This document shows, piece by piece, positions 29,396-38,967 of a stretch of DNA of 64,000 nucleotides. The position numbers were made by a program, and so were the translations under genes. The stretch covers positions 234,599 to 298,598 of the forward strand of contig JBBDYJ010000010.1 of NCBI GenBank assembly GCA_040901675.1, in the 5' to 3' direction. Each line of letters begins with the position of its first letter. Position 1 is the first letter of the stretch. Under the pieces are notes generated by a model, which was not told where the DNA came from, ran no database searches, and was given only the letters and a program-made list of their open reading frames with translations. The stretch comes from Pirellulales bacterium. GTDB taxonomy: Bacteria; Planctomycetota; Planctomycetia; Pirellulales; JAICIG01.

Positions 29396-30745
29396 CTATA
29401 CGCCCTGCCCTGCGACCTCCGCCGCGGAGAGCCGCATCAGCGCTTTGCGGGCCGCCAGGCGCACCAAGAGGTCGCTGTCTTCGAGCCGAGCCCGAATCGC
29501 TTCCTGGGCCGACGAGGCGGCCGCGCCGAGCTCGCCGAGCGAGGCCACCGCGTGACGCCGCACCGAGGCGCTTGCGTCGGCCAGGGCCGCCACCAACGCC
29601 GGCACCGCCAGCGGCGCCTGCTGGTCGCCGGCCAGCCGCAGGCCGGCGGCGGCCGCGATCCGTTGGGGTTCGCCGCCGGCGGCCAGCAGCTCGACCAGCG
29701 TCGCCACGCCGCTGGCGCCGATGCGGGCCAGCGCCTCGGCCGCCCGGTCGCCGGGCATCGGGTCGCCGCCCACCAGTCGAGCCAGGCTGCTGGCGGCCGG
29801 GGCGGCGGCCGCTCCCATTTCGGCCAGGACTTTGGCCGCGGAGTAGCGGACCTGGATGTCGCGGTCGTGCAAAGCCTCGACCAGCACCGGCAGCGATTTC
29901 TGCGGATCGAGCTCCGCCTGCCGCAGCGCATCGCCCGATTGCCGCACCACGTAGGCGTTGTTCCTGGCCAGGTCGCGTGCCAAGGACCCGGTGGCGGCCT
30001 TGGCATGCGGCCCCAACTCGATCTGCCGATCGAGATATGCGGGACGCCGGGACCGCACCATCGTGGCCAGCTCCAAGATGCCGGCAATCAAGCATGCCAG
30101 GACCATCAAGAGCGCGGCGGCGACACCCATCATCATGATGAGGAACACGGCCGAGACGACGATGGCCGGGCCCGCGGGGGCCGCGGCGGCAGCTACCCAC
30201 TGCGCGATGGTGGTGGCGGCAACTGAGAGAGCGCCGGCCAGGCCGGCCAGCGCCACGGTGGCGCGGAGGTTGTGCCGGCTGGCGAGTACCGCGACGTACA
30301 CCAGGCAGAGAGACCAGCAATAGACGGCCAGGAACAGTGGTCCGCCGCCGACAGTCCAGGGCGTGGCAAACATCACGGCGAACAACAAGAGCAGGCTCGT
30401 CGCCGCCCAACCTCGAGACATAGGGTGGCTCGTGACAGGCCGCCTGAAGAAGAAGGCGACGACAACAAACGGCGCCGTGGCGAACAGCGCGGCGTCGAGC
30501 GTGACCACCAGCGGGAGAAAGATCGCCAACACGACTGCCGACGGCAGCGTCAGGATCAGCACTCGGCGCAGCGCCTTCTTGGCAATGGATTTCGCAGGAT
30601 AACGGGCGTTCAGTGTGACGTTCAAGACGCCGAGAGCCACCACCGCCGCCGACGGCAAGGCGAGCGACGGCCAGCCGGTCGGCGCGGTCACGGCGACCAG
30701 CGCGATCGCGGCAAGGCCGGCCGCGGCGGTGAGCACCGTCAACAC
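29396..30745 (-). CDS. Membrane protein with C-terminal HEAT (PBS-lyase) repeats
   Basis: Several TM helices then LVEALHDRDIQVRYSAAKVL, LVAALADASASVRRHAVASL; start uncertain. Confidence 0.75.
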   Translation of the reverse strand: MLTVLTAAAGLAAIALVAVTAPTGWPSLALPSAAVVALGVLNVTLNARYPAKSIAKKALRRVLILTLPSAVVLAIFLPLVVTLDAALFATAPFVVVAFFFRRPVTSHPMSRGWAATSLLLLFAVMFATPWTVGGGPLFLAVYCWSLCLVYVAVLASRHNLRATVALAGLAGALSVAATTIAQWVAAAAAPAGPAIVVSAVFLIMMMGVAAALLMVLACLIAGILELATMVRSRRPAYLDRQIELGPHAKAATGSLARDLARNNAYVVRQSGDALRQAELDPQKSLPVLVEALHDRDIQVRYSAAKVLAEMGAAAAPAASSLARLVGGDPMPGDRAAEALARIGASGVATLVELLAAGGEPQRIAAAAGLRLAGDQQAPLAVPALVAALADASASVRRHAVASLGELGAAASSAQEAIRARLEDSDLLVRLAARKALMRLSAAEVAGQGV

Positions 30746-30899
30746 GATTTCGCCGCCGAGAAAAACCAGCGGGGGGCGATCGACGGACGGGTCGTCTGCG
30801 CGGGACAAGTGTGGGCCCTCGGCAACTACACCCCAAGCGGTTCAACACTAGACTCCGCCATTCTCGCGTTCCGAGGCGCCGCATGCCAGAAGAAAGCAG

Positions 30900-31068
30900 G
30901 AAGGGGCGATCGGGGGAAAGGGGCGAGGGGGCGCGGACGACACTGCTTGGAGCTGCCGACACGCCGGCAACTAACCAAGCAGTGGCACTCGACAGGGGAC
31001 GATGAGGCGAACGGGGTCCCAAGTCCCAAGATCTAAGTCCCAAGTTCCAAGTCCTAAGCCCTAAGATC
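30900..31068. repeat. Composite: purine-rich octamers, REP-like family B (30941-30988) and heptamers (31016-31068)
   Basis: cactgcttgg...ccaagcagtggcac; cccaagt/cctaagt units. Confidence 0.75.
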
Positions 31069-32134
31069 CAGACTTCCGCTTGGGTCGGTGGCGCAGGGCG
31101 GCTACGCAGATCTCCTGGCGGTTGTGCTGGAGCTGCCGGGCACGCACCAACGGAAAACCCCAACCGCGGATCCGCTCGATGTAATCAGGCGCGTGCCGGG
31201 CCAGGTCCCATTCCAGGAGCTTCAGCGTGAGCAGCAGGCCGCGGACATTCATCTGCCGGTGGGTGACGATCGCCTCCACGGTGTCGAGCGTATAGTTGGG
31301 CGCCACGTTCATGTCGGCCATCAGCCAGCGCGTGCCGCGCAGCTCGCGGCGGCGGACCTCGGCCCCACGCTTGCGGAGGTGCACGAAATTGGGATGGCCG
31401 AGCACGGCGGGGTGCATGGCCGCCGGATCGATCCCCGTGACCAGCAGCCCGCGCTCCAAGAGCGCCTGGCACGATCCGCCTGGGGCACAGCCGATTTCCA
31501 CCGCGCGCTGGCCCGCTTCGACGTTCAGCCGCGACCAGCGCAGCGACTCCTCCATCTTCAGATAGGCCCGCGACACCGCGTCGTCCGGAAGCTCCAGCCG
31601 GCTCATGCCGCCCGGCCGCCTGGAGGACCAAGCCCGCGCGCGATGGTAGCCAACCCACCACTCGTCGGGCTCGACCAGCACGCAGTCGAGCACCAGCTCG
31701 CCCGCGCGGGCCAGCGGGTTCTTTTTCGGCCCGGCCGCGCCGGCGGGCCAATGCGAGCGGATGGCCGCTTCGGCCTGGTCCGACTCCGGGGTGAATCCCG
31801 GCTGGTAGCCATGTTCGCCGGGCGGCATTCTATCGCGCGGCCAGACGTGCAGCCGCTCGAAGGGCCGGCCGCCGGCCAGTCCGATCACCTGCCTGGCCAG
31901 GTCCGCCGAGTCGCCGGCCTTGGCCTTGCCAAGCGAAAAGGCATAAGAGCGGGCAAACACGCTGCCCAGGTCGAAGTCGTCGGCCAACCGCGCGGCATCC
32001 GGCAGCTTGAACGTGAGAAAGCCGGGCCGCGAATAGGCAAAGCGGAACTCAGGCCAGCGAGCGGCCAGCTCATCCTTGACCGCCCGCTCGGCCCCAACCT
32101 GGCACGTGATGAGAATGAAGCGGTCATTGGTCAT
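31061..32134 (-). CDS. FtsJ/RlmM-like SAM-dependent rRNA methyltransferase
   Basis: VSRAYLKMEE, EIGCAPGG, GIDPA, ADMN, LTLKL, QLQHNRQE. Confidence 0.85.
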   Translation of the reverse strand: MTNDRFILITCQVGAERAVKDELAARWPEFRFAYSRPGFLTFKLPDAARLADDFDLGSVFARSYAFSLGKAKAGDSADLARQVIGLAGGRPFERLHVWPRDRMPPGEHGYQPGFTPESDQAEAAIRSHWPAGAAGPKKNPLARAGELVLDCVLVEPDEWWVGYHRARAWSSRRPGGMSRLELPDDAVSRAYLKMEESLRWSRLNVEAGQRAVEIGCAPGGSCQALLERGLLVTGIDPAAMHPAVLGHPNFVHLRKRGAEVRRRELRGTRWLMADMNVAPNYTLDTVEAIVTHRQMNVRGLLLTLKLLEWDLARHAPDYIERIRGWGFPLVRARQLQHNRQEICVAALRHRPKRKSGS

Positions 32135-32250
32135 TGGTCATTGGTCATTTGTCATTGGTCATTGGTCATTTGTCATTGGTCATTGGTCATTGGTCATTGG
32201 TCATTGGTCATTGGTCATTGGGCGGTGGTCGGTGGGCAGTGGGCAGTGGG
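32123..32250. repeat. (GTCATTG)x14 heptamer array followed by (GGGCAGT)-like units
   Basis: 14 units from 32123 to 32220, two with a GTCATTT variant. Confidence 0.95.
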
Positions 32251-32416
32251 GAGCAGGAAGAACTGGACGGACGAGGCGCTCACGCCAAGGCGCAAAGACG
32301 ACGCGACGGACGAGGAAGAAGATTGGCCACGAAAAGGCACGAAAACGCAGGAGAAAAGAAAAATGACGGACAAACGCACCTCTTACTTCTTGCTCACAAA
32401 AACCAAGAACTAAGTT

Positions 32417-35400
32417 CTACTTTGGCACGACGCGCATGGTGTAGTAGGCCTCGCTGGGGAAAAACTTTTGGCCCTTGGGCGCCAGGTTCTTCAGCCGCAA
32501 CTCATAGACAAATCCGGCTCTCAATTCGCCGAGCAGCAGCGTGGCGCTGCCGCCGTCCGGAGCCAACTCAACCGCCTCAATCACCTCGGTGCGGCGGTCC
32601 ACGTCGGGGCCGCCATAGTCGGCGGTCGGCATTTTCCTGTACGAAGAGATGGCATAGCTGTCCGCGCGCTGGGCCGCCGGGCGCCGCACGGGCGCCGTGA
32701 AAACCAGCTCGAAGCCGCGGGACCGGGCTCGCACTTCGGCGATCCCGGCCGGCAGCGGGCCGTGCGGCTTCAACCGCGCGATCGAACCGGTGTTTTGCCC
32801 GGCGCCCCAGCCGCTGTCGCGGAGGTTGCCCACGTACAGATCACCGCCGGGCGCCACCTGGCAGACGACCGGCCCTTCGAACGTTTCCAGCTCGCCCGGT
32901 TCGAGGCTGAACGGATACACGGCGCCTTGATACACGCCGTCCACAAGTTCCAGGCTCATCCGCACCAGCCGCCGCGTGTCGTACTCGCAGCCGATCAGAT
33001 GACCCTCGAACGGCCCGAACCGCGGAGAGTCCTGATCGGCCAGCGCCGGCGGCGTGTAGAGGAAGCAGATTCCGTTGACGCTGCGCGTCCAGGGGTGCGG
33101 CATGTCGATCGCCGGGTCGCGAAACAGCGGGTTGAAACCCGTCCGCGCCTCAACCTTGTTGATAAAGCCGTAACGGGCTCCGGGCACCAGGTGATTCAGC
33201 TCGTTGAAGGGGTTGTAGTTGCCCTGGTTGTCCGTGGCGAACAAGTCTCCTTCTCGGTTCAGCGCCAGGCCCATCGGGAACCGCAATCCAGCGCACAGCA
33301 CCTCCAGGCCGTATGAACGCGGGTCGTCCGGCGTCGGCTGTCGCGGCACGAGCTTGATGGCCGTGCCGCGCAGATAGGCCTCCTCCCGACTGCGCTCATC
33401 CTGCTGGCAGGGCAGGGCGATGTAGTAATTGCCCGCCAGGTCGCGCTCCAGGCCGACCGCCCAGTCGTGGTAGTCGGCCGTGTGGCCCCAGCCGCTGGCG
33501 ACCACTTCCATTCGGTCCGCCCGCCCGCCGGCGGCACGGTCCCACAAGCGCACGAGACCATGCTTGGTGATCACATCCACCGCCTTGCCATGAGCCGCCA
33601 CGCCGTAGGGTGCGGCCAGGCCATCGGCAAACAGCGTTTGCCGGTCCTCCAGGCCGTCGCCATTCGTATCGCGCGCCAGCCAGACGCCCCCCTTCAACGA
33701 CGAAAACACCAGCGTGCCGTCGTCGCGCCACGCCAGGCCGGTCGGCATCTCGTCGGCCGGCAGCGGCAGGCGGATCGCCTCGTAACCGGGCACGACGTCG
33801 AGCCTGGCCGGCGCCGGCGGCTCGAACTCGGGCGGCTGGAAAGGAAACTGGTCGATTGGCAGCGTGGTCAAGTATTCCAGCTCACAGCTTACGGCCTGCC
33901 GGCCTTCTCCGGCGGCCAGCGCGACGCACGGGCTGTGATCGGCGATGGCCACCTCCCCGGCGGGTTCGATCAGCCGGATTTGCGCCTGCCCGGGCCGGCC
34001 CGGCAGGCGGATCGAAGAGCCATCGTCCGCAACTTCGAAGTCATTCGCTACCGCCAACTGCAACCGCGCGCGAGTCCCCGGGGGCAATCCCTCGATTTCT
34101 ATCCGCCTCCGCAAACCGCCCGCAGCGGCCGGCTCGCCCGGCCGATGGCTGGCGGTGATGGCTTGCGTGACCGACAGGGTTGTGGAGTCCTCGCTGCCAG
34201 GCGTGGCGAAGTGCAGCCGATAGCCGAACCTGACGCCACGATCGACCTGCTCGTACCAATCGAGCTGGGCCAGGAACTGCTGCTGGCGGACGGGTTCGAC
34301 CGGCACGTCCCCATGGACCAGCAGCAACTCGCTGCCGCCATGCTGCTCGGCCGCCAAAAGATTCTTGCCGCCCGCCTCCCAATACCAGCTCTTGCCGCGC
34401 GTCCGCTGCCGGGCCGTGTCGCCGATCCACCAGCCGGCCAGGCGGTTGCTCGCCAGGTCGAAGAGCAGGTTATGGCGGTTCGGCAGTCCGATCGCCAGCG
34501 GCTTGACGAACACCTCGCCGTCCATCTCCAGCACGTCGCTGAGCACCGCGGCCGGCTCGCCGGCCTCCGGCACGTTGCGCGCGCGGACCACCCGGATCGG
34601 GTTAGGCAGCGGCGGATTGAAGCCGGGCTGGCTCAGCACCTGCCAGATGGCCGCAAGCTGGTCGTCGAGGCTGTCGCCGAGCACGCCGCGGACCGGTTGC
34701 TGAACCGCGGGCATTTCCATGCGTGGCACGATGCGGGCCGGGTTGCGCACCCAGCGATCGAACCAGGGCTGGCGGACCCGCCGCGCCAGCAACGACAGGT
34801 CGGTGCCCTGGGCGGCCAAAGCGACTCCGCTGGGAACCAGGTTGCCGATCTGGTGGCAGCTCGTGCAGCCGAAGCCATCGGATGTCACCAGGCGGGCGCC
34901 CGCCAGCGCCAGCGCCTCGGCACCGGTGCCGGCCTGCTCGGTCTCGGCCCGGCTGGGGATGCGATCGGCCTCGACGAAGTAATCGACCAGCGCCTTCATC
35001 TCGCCGGCCGCCAGATCGTAGCGCGGCATCCGCACCGACAGCCATGGACGCAACTCGCCATTGCGCAGGGCGATTGCGTCGGCCAGGGCGCCCTCGTCGA
35101 GCTTGTCGCCAACTCCGCTCAACGACGGCGGCGACATGGCCGGCAGGACCGGCGTCAATTCGGGGTGCGCTTCCACCACGGCCGCCAGGCGGCTGGTGAT
35201 GCCTTCGACCAGGCCACGCGGATGGCAGGCAAGACAATTGCGTTCGGCCAGCACGAGCCGACCGTCCAGTTGGGGCTCGCCCGGTTGCGCATCGATCGAC
35301 GCGATCGCGTCGAAATAGGTCCTTAGATCAGCTTGTTGCGGGGGCGGCAAGTTGTAGCCCGGGTGTCTGCCCGATGCTTCCGCGCCGCCCAGGCAGCCGG

Positions 35401-36715
35401 CGCCGCGCTCGGCCAGCAACTTCGAGGGGCTGCCGGCTGACTGGCCCGGCCGGGGCCGTTGCTCGTTGGGCAAGGCGTGGCAGGCGCCGCAGCCGTGCCG
35501 CTCGACAAGCTGGCGGCCCATCGTCTGCTCGCCGGCGGCCACGGTCCGGTTTGTTGCTGATCGGCTGACCGCCCGTCGATCGCCGGACGACTTGAGCGTG
35601 GCCAGATAGGCAGCCAGGTCGGCTCGCTCCAGGTCCGACAACTTGAACACCGGCATGCGGTGGGCCGGGTTGACGGAAGCCGGATCGGGCAGCCAGCGCT
35701 TGAAGAAGTCGCCGGGCCGCTTGTCGCCGACCGTCGACAGATCGCCGCCGCCGAACAGGCCATTTGATCCCAGGCCGGCCGACGTGTGACAGGCCAGGCA
35801 GCCGAGCGTGTGAAACAGCCGCCGTCCCGAGTCGCCGTCGCCCCGCGGCAGGCCGGGGGCGGCGCGCGGCTGCTCGGACGAGCCGAGCAGGTAATCGGCC
35901 ATCGCCTCGGCCTCGGCAGCGTTGACGGCAAACAACGGCATGATCCGCTGGGGCCGGTCGCCCGTCTCCGCCTCAGCGCTTGCAGCCGGCCGCGGTGCAT
36001 GGCCGTCGGCGCCCGCGCCTCGGATCCAGTCGACCAGCCAGGAGCGGCTGATGTTGCCCGCCAGGTGTGTCAGCGCCGGTCCTGCCGGAGGCGGCGGTTC
36101 GCCCGGCACATCATGGCATGCGGCGCACGCCAACCGCCTGGCCAGCAGCCGGCCTTGTTCGAATTGGCGGCCCGGGTCTTGCTGGGGGTCGTGAAACAGA
36201 TGCCGCTGGCCGACCGGCTCCAGTTGAAACCGGGGGCCGGACCAGTAGAGGCCGAATCGCGCCTCTGGGCCGGCCGCCCGAAAGGCGACTTCGAGCGGGT
36301 GGTGGCCATAGTCCAGTTCCACCGGCGGGCAATCGATCCAACGGGCGGGTTCCACGGGGCCGTCGAACAGTGTGCGGCCGGCCAAGCGGAGCGTCACTTT
36401 CCCCTCGGCATGGACGTGCAGTCGGTGTCGGCCCGGCTCGAGGGTGAACAGTTTGCCCCGCCAGACAACCGAGAAGTCGCCCGCGGGCAGCCGTGGATCG
36501 GGCGAGCGACCGCGCCAGTCGAAGTTCAGCGACTCGTCGCGCCGCACGGCCCGCCTGCCGTCGGCGGCCGTGTACGTGGCCACCAGTCCCGGACCGAGGT
36601 CGGGCAGCTCGAAGTCGTCGTCGTCCGCCTCCTGAGCCGCGGCGGTGCCGGCGGCCAGGGCCACGAAGAGGCCGAGCAGGCAGGGCGGCGAGGCGATGCG
36701 GCGCGCCGGCTTCAT
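32417..36715 (-). CDS. Large secreted multiheme c-type cytochrome with PA14-like N-terminus and sorbosone-dehydrogenase-like beta-propeller
   Basis: Five CxxCH (CAACH, CLACH, CGACH, CLACH, CTSCH); FSVVWRG; GLRFPMG, TDNQGNY, NELNH. Confidence 0.88.
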   Translation of the reverse strand: MKPARRIASPPCLLGLFVALAAGTAAAQEADDDDFELPDLGPGLVATYTAADGRRAVRRDESLNFDWRGRSPDPRLPAGDFSVVWRGKLFTLEPGRHRLHVHAEGKVTLRLAGRTLFDGPVEPARWIDCPPVELDYGHHPLEVAFRAAGPEARFGLYWSGPRFQLEPVGQRHLFHDPQQDPGRQFEQGRLLARRLACAACHDVPGEPPPPAGPALTHLAGNISRSWLVDWIRGAGADGHAPRPAASAEAETGDRPQRIMPLFAVNAAEAEAMADYLLGSSEQPRAAPGLPRGDGDSGRRLFHTLGCLACHTSAGLGSNGLFGGGDLSTVGDKRPGDFFKRWLPDPASVNPAHRMPVFKLSDLERADLAAYLATLKSSGDRRAVSRSATNRTVAAGEQTMGRQLVERHGCGACHALPNEQRPRPGQSAGSPSKLLAERGAGCLGGAEASGRHPGYNLPPPQQADLRTYFDAIASIDAQPGEPQLDGRLVLAERNCLACHPRGLVEGITSRLAAVVEAHPELTPVLPAMSPPSLSGVGDKLDEGALADAIALRNGELRPWLSVRMPRYDLAAGEMKALVDYFVEADRIPSRAETEQAGTGAEALALAGARLVTSDGFGCTSCHQIGNLVPSGVALAAQGTDLSLLARRVRQPWFDRWVRNPARIVPRMEMPAVQQPVRGVLGDSLDDQLAAIWQVLSQPGFNPPLPNPIRVVRARNVPEAGEPAAVLSDVLEMDGEVFVKPLAIGLPNRHNLLFDLASNRLAGWWIGDTARQRTRGKSWYWEAGGKNLLAAEQHGGSELLLVHGDVPVEPVRQQQFLAQLDWYEQVDRGVRFGYRLHFATPGSEDSTTLSVTQAITASHRPGEPAAAGGLRRRIEIEGLPPGTRARLQLAVANDFEVADDGSSIRLPGRPGQAQIRLIEPAGEVAIADHSPCVALAAGEGRQAVSCELEYLTTLPIDQFPFQPPEFEPPAPARLDVVPGYEAIRLPLPADEMPTGLAWRDDGTLVFSSLKGGVWLARDTNGDGLEDRQTLFADGLAAPYGVAAHGKAVDVITKHGLVRLWDRAAGGRADRMEVVASGWGHTADYHDWAVGLERDLAGNYYIALPCQQDERSREEAYLRGTAIKLVPRQPTPDDPRSYGLEVLCAGLRFPMGLALNREGDLFATDNQGNYNPFNELNHLVPGARYGFINKVEARTGFNPLFRDPAIDMPHPWTRSVNGICFLYTPPALADQDSPRFGPFEGHLIGCEYDTRRLVRMSLELVDGVYQGAVYPFSLEPGELETFEGPVVCQVAPGGDLYVGNLRDSGWGAGQNTGSIARLKPHGPLPAGIAEVRARSRGFELVFTAPVRRPAAQRADSYAISSYRKMPTADYGGPDVDRRTEVIEAVELAPDGGSATLLLGELRAGFVYELRLKNLAPKGQKFFPSEAYYTMRVVPK

Positions 36716-37572
36716 GGCTGCCGCGCCGGCAGGCTTTCGACGAGGTCGGCGCTTTCGATCGAGGGGCAAAAATACTTCTCGATGTGCTGGACGACCAGCT
36801 CGGTGCCTTCATCGTGGCCGACGTGCGGCCGATCGGCCGGATCGTACATGGTGTCGGTCAGGTCGCGGACCAGGACCGAGTTCATCCCCCAGCGCGTCAT
36901 CTGCCGGATGCCGAAGCTGCGGCCCAGCACGCACATGTTGGTGTGGACGCCCACGAAGATGATGTTTTCGACGCCTTCTCGCCGCAGGTAGCTATAGATC
37001 TGGTCGCCCCGGTCGCCAACCACGTCGGTGTCGGCGACCCGTATGGCCGGGTGCTGCCGCGTCCAGGCCTGGAAGAACGAATCGGGCGTGTCGCAGCCGC
37101 CGTCGGAGTCGTCGATGGGGAGCGGCGGGTCGGTAAGGTCGAGGTTCTTTTCGGCCTGGAGCAGCTCGACCGCCAGCAGCCGCTTGCGGGCCGGGCTGTC
37201 CTTGTAAAAACCCATCGTATCGCTGGGAGAGTGTATGATCCGCACGCCCGTCGAGCGGGCCTGGTCGATGATCGGCGCCATTTTTTCGGCCAGCGCTCCG
37301 CAGCGCTTGGCGGCGCCGGTACACCAGTGGTCGTCCCACATGTCGCAGATCAGGATGGCCGTGCGGTCGACGGGCAGCTCCTTTTGGATGGTCACTTCGT
37401 CCCACTGTCCGCTTCCCTTGAAGGTTTCGACCCGCGTCCGCAGGTTGAGCCGCAACACGCCGGCGCCGTCGTCCGCCTGCACCGGGCCGCCGCCGGCAAT
37501 CGCGCCCGCCAGCACCAGCCACACCGCCGGCCGGCGCCAGCAGCGCAGCGGCCGCGTGTCAGCCCCGTTCAT
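36712..37572 (-). CDS. Isochorismatase/nicotinamidase-like secreted hydrolase
   Basis: TAILICDMWDDHWC, GVHTNMCVLGRSFG, VRDLTDTMY; stop overlaps the cytochrome start. Confidence 0.88.
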   Translation of the reverse strand: MNGADTRPLRCWRRPAVWLVLAGAIAGGGPVQADDGAGVLRLNLRTRVETFKGSGQWDEVTIQKELPVDRTAILICDMWDDHWCTGAAKRCGALAEKMAPIIDQARSTGVRIIHSPSDTMGFYKDSPARKRLLAVELLQAEKNLDLTDPPLPIDDSDGGCDTPDSFFQAWTRQHPAIRVADTDVVGDRGDQIYSYLRREGVENIIFVGVHTNMCVLGRSFGIRQMTRWGMNSVLVRDLTDTMYDPADRPHVGHDEGTELVVQHIEKYFCPSIESADLVESLPARQP

Positions 37573-37927
37573 TGCTTGCTCTGCGCTTCGGCAATTCAAC
37601 ATCGAGCACCTTGGAATCAGAGTCTTCAACAGAGACTTTTCGCTGGCCGGAGGCCGTCCGTCCGGACCTCGCTTGATTCTCGCCTCACGGCCGGCGCAAT
37701 GCAAATGCAACTCGCGATGATTTGTGTGCGGCAAGCACAGATGTCACGCAGTGAGGCTGCGTATCCTGCGTGAAGCCGACCCTCGCGAGAGCGGGAATCC
37801 GACACGACTAGTTCTCGCCAGTTCCCGTGCCAGCATCGCGCACGCGGTTCCAGAGATGCTCGAGACGAACCGTGGCCCCGGTGCAACCCCGTGCCGAAGC
37901 AAGGCAACCATCTCGCCAAGACCAAAC

Positions 37928-38782
37928 TTTACCGCGAAGCGGTTTCACAACACAGCCCAGGGTCGCGAGTCGGCGAGCGCACCCTGGGAACGATTCGGAA
38001 TTTTATTCTACCTACCGAACCCCGAAGGGGTTCCACAAAGGGTTCTGCGATTCCATCGGCCATTCAGTCCCAGACGTACCGTTCATCGATCTCAATACCA
38101 TACTTCTTACACAACCTCCGAAACTCGTCCTGAAAACTCTGTCGACGATGGTGGTGCTCCTGATTGCCGATGTATTCCTTGAGCGCATCCACGTGCGCTG
38201 GACTGATCGAGAATGCCCCGTAGCCGGCCTGCCAATGGAACTCCGCCAAGTGGGGCTGCTCGGTCTTGATCCATTTCGATGAGTCGCGCTTCAACTCGCG
38301 GAGTAGCGTCGCGACCTCGATCGTTTTGCCAAAGCGACATAAGAGATGAGCATGGTCCTCGACACCGCCGACAATCAACGATGGGCAGTCGAGATTGTTG
38401 CAGATGCCGGCGAGGTAGGCGTGGGTGCGGCCACGAAACTCCTTGTCGGTCAAGAATGGTTTGCGGTCTTTCGTCGAGAAGACGATGTGCAAATAGATTT
38501 GGGTCAATGACTGCGACATGATCAACGTCCCTTTGTGAAACCCCTTCGGGGTTTACTTTATATCGCGGACATTGTACCCAGGGTGCGCTCGCGGACTCGC
38601 GACCCTGGGCTGTGGTGTGAAACGCCTTCGGCGTAAATCGCGGCTCGGGAACCTTTCCTTCTTGCTCGAACTCCAACGGCATTGTAACCAGGTGCGCTCG
38701 CGGACTCGCGACCCTGGGCTGTGGTGTGAAACGCCTTCGGCGTAAATCGCGGCTCGGGAACGTTTCCTTCTTGCTCGAACTC
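37928..38782 (-). mobile_element. IS200-like / REPtron-like element: tnpA flanked by inverted hairpin arms, with one arm tandemly duplicated
   Basis: 37928-38042 is the reverse complement of 38529-38637 except for the central spacer; 38570-38673 is repeated at 38680-38782. Confidence 0.85.
38064..38519 (-). CDS. tnpA: IS200/IS605-family HUH Y1 transposase
   Basis: YLHIVFSTK.R, DHAHLL (HUH), WQAGYGAFS, YIGNQEHHH (catalytic Y..Q). Confidence 0.95.
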   Translation of the reverse strand: MSQSLTQIYLHIVFSTKDRKPFLTDKEFRGRTHAYLAGICNNLDCPSLIVGGVEDHAHLLCRFGKTIEVATLLRELKRDSSKWIKTEQPHLAEFHWQAGYGAFSISPAHVDALKEYIGNQEHHHRRQSFQDEFRRLCKKYGIEIDERYVWD

Positions 38783-38967
38783 GAGTGGATACGGAGCGGG
38801 CTAGCCCAGCCGCCCTCTTGCACGGTCGCCCAGCCGCCGCTCTCGCGGTCGATGGCTGAGTTCTGTTAGGCGACTAAGTCGTTACGCAATAGCACGTTAT
38901 CAACGAACCACGAGCGTTGACTTATACTTGTGCAGCGCCGATTGACCCAGTTGAACGAGGGTGACCG

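Noticed and set aside
32134..32700. ORFs reading VIGHWSL / SLVIGHW repeats
   Set aside because: These are translation artefacts of the heptamer array
38570..38782. 110-bp direct repeats as CRISPR or ncRNA
   Set aside because: Only two units with no unique spacers; explained as a duplicated tnpA arm
38795..38872. attC-like 3' end (GCTGAG..GTTAGGC)
   Set aside because: No matching RYYYAAC inverse core, no integrase and no cassette array
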